Shown piece by piece: positions 13,301 through 25,136 of a stretch of 64,000 nucleotides of DNA. How positions within the stretch are numbered: position 1 is the stretch's first letter; every line of letters begins with the position of its first letter. The position numbers and the translations under genes are program-made. This stretch comes from Octopus sinensis (Eukaryota), in contig NC_043000.1 of the NCBI RefSeq assembly GCF_006345805.1, forward strand, positions 35,712,001 to 35,776,000, given 5' to 3'. The notes beneath the pieces are model-generated. The model had not been told where the DNA came from and ran no database searches. It saw nothing but the letters and a program-made list of their open reading frames with translations.

Positions 13301-15368
13301 CAAGGACAGACAAACGGATTAAGTCAATTACATCGACCCCAGTGTGTAACTGGTACTTAATTTATCGACCCCGAAAGGATGAAAGGCAAAGTCGACCTCG
13401 GCAGAATTTGAACTCAGAACGTTATGGCAGACAAAAATCGGCTATGCATTTCGCCCGGCGTGCTAACGGTTCTGCCAGCTCGCTTCAAATACCAGCTTAA
13501 TAATGACAAAGTTATTTCACTAATTGTTCGTTATTTTTGAAATTAATAGAAACAAAAGCAGTGTCTTTCAACAGGAATAACCTTAACCCCAACAAAATGG
13601 TAAAGTTGGTGCTTAGAATATAAATGAACATGAAAGTTTGATGGAAGTTTTAAATTTAGATCATTTTAGGACAGGAAGTTTGAATAGGAAAGAATCAGGA
13701 GCTGTTTCAGGTCGGTTGATACCAAAAAATGGTTAAGATTGAGGTTTATGATATGAATGTTGATTTTTAGTCATGTTCTTAGTCTGCCCTTATCAGTTCC
13801 CATTTAGACATTTTGTAATGGCAGCTAACTGAATGAAAATTTTGTTATATGTTTCTTATTATAACTATCTTATTTTTCTTCTGGTAAAGCTAAACTGAAA
13901 TTTGGAACTTAGAACATTTGGTCTTTAATGATGTTTAGGAAGGTTTATTGTCCTAAACATCATCCATGTTTGGCTAATAACTAAACTAACCAATTATTCC
14001 TCACCAAGGAAATGACTAGTGACTGAGACCTTTGGAAATATGATGTGCTTGAGAAGACCCGGCAAGCCAAATGTGACCATAACCTCGTGGCCTGTGCCAG
14101 GGGCGTAACCAGCCACTTGTGTGTACCTTTTCCTTCTTTGGACACTACGCTTTGCTTGCGAAGACCTGTTGAGGCAAGTGAAATCGAAATCAAAATCAAA
14201 GTGAAATTCGATGACGGGCACGAGCACCATACGAGCGTGATCGTTGACAGAGTGGCTAACCGGCTTCCGTGCCAGTGGCACATAAAAGGCACCATTCGAG
14301 TGTGATCATTACTAGCTTCGCCTTACTGACACTTGTACCCCATGCTAGTAGGGTGTTAAGAGCACCATCTGAGCATGATCATTGCCAGAGCGGCTAACTG
14401 GCTTCCATGCCGGTGGCACGTAAAAGGGCACCATTTGAGTGTGATCGTTACCAGCATCGCCTTACTGGCACCTGTGCTGGTGGCATGTGTAAAAAGATTC
14501 AAGTGAGGTCATTGCCAGTACCACCTGACTGGCCCCCATGCCAGTGGTACGTAAAAAGCACCCAATACACTCTCGGAGTGGTTGGCATTAGGAAGGGCAT
14601 CCAGCTGTGGAAACTCTGCCAGATCAAGATTGGAACCTGGTGCATCCATCTGGTTCGCCAGCCCTCAGTCAAAATCGTCCAACCCATGCTAGCATGGAAA
14701 GCAGACGTTAAATGATGGTGATGATGATATATATATATATATATGAGGAGAGATGTGTGAAGAAGTGCTACTCCCAAACTATTGAAGGAATCCGGAGTAG
14801 AAGTAGACCCAGGAAGACATGGGACGAGGTGGTCAAGCATGACCTTTGTACGTTGAGCCTCACAGAGGCTATGACGAAAGACCGAGACCTCTGGAGATAT
14901 GCTCTGACTTCGAATACCTGACAAATGAAGTGAGTTCATGGCTTGCAGGACGGCCTGCTGTGCTAACCTTGAATCGTAGACTTGAGGAGACCTATTGAGT
15001 CAAGTACGTTAACACCAACATCAAAATGAAAATCAAATGGACATTGTAGTTAAGATACCCGTGCTGGTGACACGTTAAAAGCACCGTCCGAACGTGGCTG
15101 ATGCCAGCGTGGCCTGACTGGCGTCCGTGTCTGTGGCACGTAAAAAGCACCAACCGATTGTGGCCGTTTGCCAGTCTACCCTGGCCCCTGTGCCGGTGGC
15201 ACAAAAAAAGTACCCAATACACTCTTGGAGTGGTTGGCATTGGGAAGGGCATCCAGGTATAGAAACTTTGCCTGATCAGACTGGTACCTGGTGCAGCCTC
15301 CTGGTTTCCCAGACCCCGGTCGAACCGTCCAACCCATGCTAGCGTAGAAAACGGACGTTAAACGATGA

Positions 15369-15426
<58 letters not shown>

Positions 15427-16998
15427 TATATATACACACACACACAGATGTGTGTGTGTCTTCTGTGTTTGTACCCCTCACCACTTGACAACTGGTGTTG
15501 GTGGGTTTACATCCCTATGACATAGTGGTTCATCAAAAGAGACCGACAGAATAAGTACCAGGTTTAAACAAAAACACACACAAAAAAAGTTGTGGGGGTT
15601 GATTCTTTCAACAAAAAACTCTTCAGTGTGGTGCCCCAGCATGGCCACAGTCAAATGACTCAAACAAGTAAAAAAGTAAGAGATAATAGATTCTTTACAT
15701 TTCTTGCAATTTTGATTTTTTTTTTTTTCTCTCTCACCATTTTTTCTTGTTTTCCCCATTTTTAGGATGTTGAATTACTCATCCAAGAGAATTCAGGTTT
15801 ACAAAGGAAGCTGCAAAGCCAAGAAGATGAATTTCGCTTACAGAATGAAACTCTTATGCAGGAATTATCTCACGTGAGTAGAAACGGTTCCATCTCTCTG
15901 CTAGAATTGTCTGCCGATCTTTGACATCTGGTGACAGATGATAGTCAGGCCGTTTTTACCCCGCTTTCGGGTGCAATTGTCTGTCTGTGAATGTCGACGA
16001 AGGATCTCATTTGAAATTTATAAAAGATCATTACCATCATCACCACCAATGCCACCACTAATGCCACCACCACCACCTTCATCACCACCATCATCATCAC
16101 CACCATCATCATCATCACCATTATCATCATCCCCACCATCATCATCATCACCATTATCATCACCACCACCACCATCACCATCATCACCACTACCACCATC
16201 ACAACCATCATCATCATCAACTCTTGGACATTACTGTCTTGAGTCCTGGGACTCCCAGAGTCGGCTATCCGGTTTCCATGACATATACGTGACCAAGGTC
16301 AGAATGCTTTTCACAGAATCAACCAGAGCAAGTAAGATTGAGAGATTGTAAGAAGTATAATAATAACGATAATAACGATAATGATAATGATGATAACGAT
16401 GATGGTGATGATGATGTCTGTTTTTTTTTTTTTTTGTTTTTATACCTTTGCAGCTTGTTTCGTGCAATGAAGAATTAGAGAAACGACTCTCCTCTTCAAA
16501 AGATAAACCCAGTGGCCCCGATACCTCTTCATTTAGTTCTGCCATTATTAATGATCTCGAAGATGAAGTTCGACGAGTTCAAGCACAAAACTCAGCTCTG
16601 CAGAAAACTCTCAAAGGTTTCTCTTTCTTTCTTTCCTTCTTTCTTTCTCTCTCTCTCTCTCTCTCTGTTGTTATAGTCTTCTATAGATTATTATTATTAT
16701 TATATTATTCTATGTTTGCCTTTTGCTTTATGTCTGTACAAGTCGGCTCCAAGTCTCACCCAGAGACCTCAAGAGACAACAGGTTGGAAGTTCTGTGCCA
16801 TATATTTGGGGTTTTTTTTTTTTTTGGTGTTGTACTAGTGAATGTCTAATACATAAAAATAAAATTTAAAAAAAGAAAAAAAAAAGTTTGTTTTAAACCT
16901 TGGGATTACATAGAGAGTATTTTGCGTAGGATATGAGCAGTTCCCATGAGCACTATCTTTTGAATTTCTGCCATTTTGGGGTTTCCTGGTATCTGAGC

Positions 16999-17029
<31 letters not shown>

Positions 17030-18165
17030 GAAGGCAGTGAGCTGGCAGAACTGTTAGCACGCCAGGCGAAATGCTTAGCGGTTGACATCTTGGATATGCT
17101 GTAGAAGAGAATGCTTATTTAAAGATTGATTGAGAAGTTTGTGGAAATATTCAAACAGGGTTGGACTGACGTTTTTCAAAACCTCTCAATTGGATGACAA
17201 TATTTTCTAGGTGTAAGGCAGTGAGCTGGAAGAATCGTTATCATGCCGGGCGAAATGCTCAACGGTATTTCGTCCGCCGCTACGCTCTGAGTTCAAATTC
17301 CGCCGAGGTCGACTTTGCCTTTCATCCTTTCAGGGTCGATTAAATAAGTACCAGTTACGCACTGGGGTCGATATAATCGACTTGATCCGTTTGTCTGTCC
17401 TTGTTTGTTCCCTCTGTGTGTTAGCCCCTTGTGGGTAGTAAAGAAGTAGGTATTTTGTCTGTCTTTATGTTCTGAGTGCAAATGCTGCCGAGGTTGACTT
17501 TGCCTTTCATCCTTTTGGAGTCGATAAATTAGGTACCAATTGCATACTGGGATCAATCTAATCGACTGCCCCTTCCCCCAATTTCAGTCATTGTGCCTAT
17601 AGTAGAAAGGATTATTATTAATAATATATTAGGGAATAACAAGTATTCCAGGTTATCAGGAAGTTTACTTTTTTACACTTTTTAATGAAATGTAAAAAGT
17701 ATATTTTATAATATTATTACAAATTTGGGATATTTACCAATAGATAAGCAACTCCTATTTCAGGATATCCTCATGGTATGGTATATGTAGAGAAAATAAA
17801 AAAAATTAAAATAACATAAAATAAAATTAGTTAAATAAATATATCTTATCTGTTGTTAATCTGTGAGGAAAGAAGATAGTGCATGTAATCGCTATACGTG
17901 TTTCTGTGCTGGTGGGGTGTGTATTAAGACTATACTTAATACATAAATCTACCAGTGCGTCCTCAGGCTATGTATATTGTTATTATGTACGGGTTAAAGT
18001 TAAAAATTATATTAAAAATAAAAATTACAAATATATTTAAAAATATCAAATATCTAAAGTACGATTAAGCTATATATTGAAAGTGCTCTATCTGAGGAAA
18101 TTTTAACGATTAAGTTAGAAGCATATCAAATTTTATAATATATCTAAATAAATATTATAGAATTA

Positions 18166-18197
<32 letters not shown>

Positions 18198-19427
18198 TAC
18201 TAAGGTGGTGAGCTGGCACAATTGTCAGGACACTGGATGAAATGCTTAGCGATATTTTGCCTGATGCTCTGTTCTGAGTTCAAATTCTGCTGAGGTTGAA
18301 TTTGCCTTTCATCCTTTAGGGGTTGATTAGATATATACCAGTTACACACTGGGGTCAATGTAATCGACTTAATCCCTTCCCCTCGAATTTGAGGCCTTGT
18401 GCCTCCAGTAGAAAGAATTTTTATTTAATAAGGTGGCAAGCTGGCAGAATCCTTAGCAAGCTGGACAAAATGCTGAGTGGTATTTTGCATGTCTCTACAC
18501 TCTGAGTTCAAATTCTGCCGTGGTCAGCTTTACCTTTCATCCTTTCGAGGTCAATAAGTACCAGTTGATTGCGGGGGGTCAGTGTAATCAACTTACCCCC
18601 TCCCTTGAAATTGCTGGCCTTGTTCCAAAATTTGAAATCAATATTATGTTATTGTTTATATATTGTGTGTGTAGGGGGCCTTCATCTTAAATAGGAGACC
18701 ATTGTGGGTCTTATTTGTGCTTTGCTGAAGCTCAGCAATTGATCAGAGTACTTTAAGGTTCTGAAGAGAAACATTTGTGTTTAGGATGCAGTTGTATCTA
18801 GGTTATGGTGGAATGTTCCAAGAAAGTTCATTATAGAATACGAAGTTTGACATTTGGATATCTTTGAGGAGGACATTGTGTCCTTGAGAGGGCAGCTTCT
18901 TCGAGAAGGACAAAAGAATAAGAGGAGAGGGCAGTGTCTTTGAGAAGGACATGAGGTACAAGAGGAGGCAAATGCTTTGGGAAAGAGTGCCTGGTGTCAG
19001 TAGAAGGCAGTTATTTTGAGAGAGACATTCAGTTCAGGAGAGGACAGCTACTTTGAGGAGCACATGGTGTATGGGGGGGGGGTGAAGGTCAGTTCGTTTG
19101 AAAAAGAGATGGAGTACATAGGGTATATGAGAGGGGTGGGTAGTTATTTTGAGAAGGGCCTAAGGTACAAGAGAGGGCAGATACTTTAACCCTTTAGCAT
19201 TTAAATTATCCTTATCAGGCCCAAATATTCTGTTTTATATTCGAACCAGCCAGATCTAGCCTATCACACCTTACCTGTAATGTCATTCTGAAAATAAATA
19301 ATACATCATTGAAACATTATTTACATTGGATGGATATTTGTCCTCATCTTGTTTGTTGTCAACACAACATTTCTACTGAAGAAATTTTGAACCTGGATTC
19401 TCATTCCTAAGGTACTTTTCGATGTTG

Positions 19428-19469
<42 letters not shown>

Positions 19470-22400
19470 TCACTGCCTGGAATCGAACTTGGAATCTTGG
19501 GGTTAGTAGCCTGTGCTCTTAACCATTATGCCATATGGCGTAGTGGTTAAGAGTGTGGACTACTAACCCCAAGATACTGATTATGATTCCAGGTAGTGAC
19601 CTGACCTGAATAATAATAATAATAATAATAATATTGAAAAATACCTTAGGAATGAGAACCCAGGTTCGAAATTTCTCCAAGACACCTGATGAAGGCTGGA
19701 GGGTATATCAGCTGAAACGTTTTGTTAACAACAAACAAGATGAGGACAAATATCCGTCAAATGTAAATAATGTAAATAATTCCTCATCTCTTATCGAACT
19801 GTAACATCATTGAAATTTCAAATGTATGGAATAACACCTGATTAATTCAAAATATTATCAATAAAAAAACATTACATGTTATAGAGTAAACTGCTAAAAG
19901 GGGTTTGAGGAAGACCAACCAGTGACAGGGAAGGGAAGTTACAGTGAGGATGAAAACCTGATGTCAGTAAAAGATAGCTAATGAGGAGTTTCAGTTTTGA
20001 GGGAAGGTCATTTCAAAGAAGCTAGAGTTAAAAGGTGAAATTCTATATTTCTGTACTTGGGCCAGTGTTGAAATGTGGTTATTTAATTTTGCAGCTTCCC
20101 AAGAGAAGTATGACAAACAGATAGCGTTTTACAAGCAACAACTGCAGTTGGGTAACTCCACTTCAAACAACAGTAGTCATCAAGGAAAATCAGATGATAA
20201 CGACGAAGAGAAAAGATCTGAAGATTGTTCAAACCAGTAAGTGTTTGTGTTTTGTTTGGTTTCAGTAAGAAACTTTGTAATGTTTATTGGTTTGGAATCT
20301 GTTGTTGTACCAGGATCCAGCTGTATTGTAGTAGTGAGGGGTGAGTGGGGGATGTTGTTGATGTCCTGTGTTGTCAGAAAAATTTTATCTTTTGTTGGTT
20401 TCAGCCAGAGGCTGGGGCCTTGCTGGAGCACTACGTTTCAGTGTGTTTGGCTTTCTTTTCTCTGCAGTTTTTTGTGAAGTTGGACGGAGCTGCTCTTCTT
20501 TGTGTCTCCTACCACAATGTGGGTTCATCTGGTATCTCTGATCAAAATTTGTCCAGATGCTCTTTGAAGACCTCCACATCTGCACCTCACAAACCTCTAA
20601 GGTTATTTAGCAAGCTGTTACAGCACTGGGACCTTATTTGAGATGGAGAAGACAGGATCTTTGGATCATTGCGACTTTGCCTTTCATCATCGACTGCCCC
20701 CCCCCCCCCCCCAAATTTCGTGCCTTGTGCTTAGAGTAGAAAAGAATTGTTTTTCCTTTCTAGTTACTACTCCATTGTCATATGTCTGAAAATAGGTTAA
20801 ATTCATTCAAATTTCAAAAACAATGAACAAATGTTGTAAGGAGTGGAGTACCCCACCCCCATAAAACACTTCAATGGAAATATATTTTTGTGTTAATTCA
20901 AATAACATTGGAAAGGATTAAAATAAACGGGGGAAAAAACGAACAAATTCATCTGACATCCCAAAGTTATATTCATGGGGGTGGGGTGGGAGTGAGGTTC
21001 TTGATGTAATGTTGTGGTGAGTTGTGTTAGCATGGAAGGTGGACGTTAAACGATGATGATGATGATGATGATATGTGCAGGCCTGGCTGTGTGGTAAGAA
21101 GTTTGCTTTCCAACCACATTGATCTGAGTTCAGTCCCACTACATGGCACCTTGGGCAAGTGTTTACTACTATAGACACCAAAGTCTTGTGAGTAGATTTG
21201 GCATACAGAAACTGAAAGAAGCCCGTCGTATATGTGTGTCTTTGTGTGTGTTTGTCCCCACCCACACCACTACTTGACAACTGGTGCTGGTTTGTTTACA
21301 CTCCTTTAACTTAGCAGTTCAGCAAAAGAGAGCAAAATAATAAGTACCAGGCTTTGAATAAAATCAAGTACCAAGGCTGATTCATTCAGCTAAAATTCTT
21401 GAAGGTGGTGTTGCCCCAGTATGGCCACAGTCTAATAACTGAAACAATTAAAACATTATATATGATGGTTGGCTGAACAATTTGTAGGCTGACCAAGATA
21501 CTCTCATGGAATGTGTCCAAATGAGGTTCCTTTTCCAACATAGGCCCCTTGTGGTCCACAAACTTCTTACACTGGTCTTGCAGTATTTAGATCCCTTTGG
21601 TGATGAAGCTTTCATCCTGTTACCCCCAAAACTCATTAACTGCAGATAATTACATCATCATCACTGTGATGCTGGCTCTCAGCCAAGTAACTTTTCATGT
21701 TGGGGAACAGATGATAGTTGGATGGGGCCAAATCTGGAGAATAGGGAGGGTGATCAACCAGTTCAAAGCCACAGTCTGCACAGCAGCCATTGAAACCAAG
21801 GACTTGTGTGCTGGAACATTGTCCTGATGAAACAAGACCCCTTTTGTCAGTTTTCCTGGGTGTTTGATCTTGACTGCCTATCATAACTGCCTCTGTAAGT
21901 TGGCATGGTACTCTCCATTAATGGTGTGGCCTTTTTTGAAGATAGACAATAAACACAATGCTCCTTGTATCCCACTAAACCGAGGCCATCACCTTCCCTG
22001 CAGATAAAGTGATTTTGGCCTTCTTTGGAGCAGGTGAAGAGAGCAGTTTCCATTACATGAATTGTCTCTTTGTCTCTGGCTCAAAGAAATGAAGCCAACA
22101 CTCATCCTGAGTCTGGAATCATCCAAGGAAACCAACTGGATATGTCCCAAACATTATCAGATTTTCCTGTGATGGGATCAGCCTTGTTCCACTTTGATCA
22201 GGTATCAGATGTGACACCCACCAAGTAAAAACCTTTGTTGTACCAAGTTCATTGTACAGAATATTCTCGACTACCTCTTTCATGGGATGTGCTAAAAGCA
22301 TTGGCTGTTTGATTTATACTCAGTTGCCTGGCATCTATCCACACACGGTGAACATGATCTTTAAACTTTTGCCATAAAGAGTAAGGATCGCTTGATTCAC

Positions 22401-25095
22401 AGACATTCACGAGGAAAGCGAAAAGTGCCTTTAGACTATGGGATGATTGTGTGATGGCAGCTTCCATCAAAGTTGCATCCCATTGTGTGTCATCTTCCAA
22501 AAGTTCATGCCTCATGCAGGCTTCCCTGTACGTTCTGCAGGCGTATCCATCGACGGTTCTCGGATGAATGAAGCCTTGTTGGCCCTCTTACCTCATAAAA
22601 CAGATTGCTACCACACTTACTGCGACTTAAGAAAGGCACCCCTGTCTTGCTCCTCAGGAATTTTGAACTTCCCCAGGCTTTGCAACAGCACACGTCTGGT
22701 CATCCAAAAGGCGATGCCTCATGTTATTGTCTCGGCAATACTTACAGGATGTGGTAAGTGGGGACACTGTCTTCATCCCAGTGATACCTCTTGTTCCATC
22801 CGGTAAAGATATTCCTTTCATATTCAGAAGGCCGCACTTCCCTCTCTGGCTCAGTTTTGCCATATCGTTTGACAAATCACAGGGTCAGATGCTGATGGCC
22901 GTAGGGCTTAATTTAGAAGAACTGTGCTTCTCCCTTGGTCAACTATATGTTGGCTGCTCTCGAGTGGCGAGCCGACATAACCTATTTGCTTTTGCAACTC
23001 GTGAGAAAACCCAAAATATAGTCAATAAGGAAGTTTTGTAGGCGCCCTATCCACCAACAAGTAATCCCTGTTTTTTTTTTTTTTTGTATAAGTGCTTACA
23101 TTCGCTGTATTATCCGTTTGCTATGTTTGTCCTTTTGACAATACCACTTACGCCTCTGAGGTTGCATTTACTATGCATTATAAATGTTCAATGTCTCTGT
23201 TTTCTGCATTTATATGTTGCTATCATGCTTCGCTATCGTTGTTCTGTAGTTTTAACTTAATCTACTTTTCCCTACATCTTATTTACACATTTTTTTGACA
23301 TTCCAGTGTGATCTTGCCAAGACTGTTTTTGTGGCCACCGACTTTTACATGCTTTTCTAGGTTACAATCTCAAATAACAAGCAAAGCAAATACGACACAC
23401 CAAAGTGGTGTGAAGGACTCCTTAAGGGCCACCTCTTCAAATTGGAGTTATCTTTGCTGACAGCTCTGCTGCTAGGACTTTTGAGAGTGATTGATCCAAG
23501 GCCCTTTACGGGGCCACCAAGTTTTAATTGTTACCATTAGATTCATCTTTGCTGGCGGCACTGCCACTGAGATAATTCAAAGTGAATATTTAAAGGTCCT
23601 CTTCAGGGCCCCCAACTATAAATTTCTTTCACTGGATTTGTCTTTGTTGGCAGCACCGCTGCTAAGACTTTTAAGAGTGAACGATCCAAGGCTCTCTTCA
23701 GGACCAGCAAGATTAAATTGTTACCATCGGATTCATCTTTGCTGGCAGCACCGCTGTAGAGATATTTCATAGTGAACGTTCAAAGGCCCTCTTTAGTTAC
23801 TTCTATAGTCATATTCGACGGAAGTCTTTTAGTTCATTTCACCGATTACTCCATTGACAGTTATACCCGGCAATGCCGGGTACCTCTGCTAAGTATTATA
23901 TAAATATTATGGAGGTAGAGTTGAAACAGTCAACCTATTGTTAAATTCATTTGAGCTCAGTTAATTCATTAGTCTCATTCATAATTAAGCTCTAATTTTC
24001 TGTGCTTAACAATTTTGAGTTTTATCTAATCTTTTGATAATTCATGATTATATTTGCTTTTATTAATTCAGGACATCAAGTGATTCAAGTATTTCCCAGT
24101 CTGAAGGTGAGTAAATATTTAGAACTGATACCAGCAGTATTCTTGTCCACGGCCATTCTACAGAAGCTTCTAGAATTGTTTCGGTTGCAAACTTTATAGA
24201 AATATTGACATAAACATTAGTTACCTCTCAAAAATCTTGCAGTTGGTACCATTCTACATTTGTATATACATTATATACACTTCATTATTGTAATCTAATG
24301 CTGTTTCAAGTGTGTCTATGGAATTGGTCATTATTAAAATTGAGACTCTGGTTAATTTTGTAAATTTGAATTTGAAAGACACATTACTTAATCATTTTAA
24401 TGTGTATTTAGAACTTGTTGGTCAGAGCTGACTCAACTGATCCCAAGTGAATCCAAAAGGTTAATTACGTTTGGCATGAAAATAAAAACGATTACATCAA
24501 AATTAAACCCTTTTTTTTAATGAAATTTTAATTCCATGTTTTTGCCTTTTTAAAATAAATAATTTATGCTTGAGAAGACCCGGCAAGCCAAGTGAAGCCA
24601 TAACCTCGTGGCCTATGTCAGTGGTGTAACCAGCCCACTTATGTGTACCTTTCCTTATGTGTACCTTCTGCTTGCAAAGACCTGTTGAGGCAAGTGAAAT
24701 CGAAATCAAATTCGATGACTGGCATCAGTTGTGGAAATTAGTTGCCCAGCTGATGTTATTATTAAAGCTGAAGATCAGTGAAAAAGGGAACACCTATGCT
24801 GAACTATTGAGAAATCTGCAGTTACTCTATCTAGATTAAAAGTTCAGGTTTATACCTGTAATTATTGGGGCCCTGTGATATGTATCACACTGCCTAAATA
24901 CCAGTCTTGAGAGATTAGGTTTCTCAAAACCAGAAAGGAGAAAGCTAATTTGAAGACTACAGATCCAATCTATCAATGGAACTGTAAAAATCTGTTAAAC
25001 TTTCCAGAACTTATCATTTAAATATATATATATGAGCATGTCTAGATATGTAGCTGTATGCATGAGAAGACATACATAAAACAAAACATACAAAT

Positions 25096-25136
<41 letters not shown>

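Larger units (their letters stand above)
19186..19905. mobile_element. MITE hosting the palindromic tRNA-hammerhead element
   Basis: ends ttaaccctttagca and tgctaaaaggggtt. Confidence 0.65.

Noticed and set aside
15938-16351. Pro/Ser-rich ORF between two GRIPAP1 exons
   Set aside because: (CAT/CAC)n repeat; flanking exons join in frame without it.
19535-19610. Possible functional tRNA-Ser gene
   Set aside because: No intact acceptor stem, mutated T arm in this arm, fused to a repeat body; a SINE-type head.
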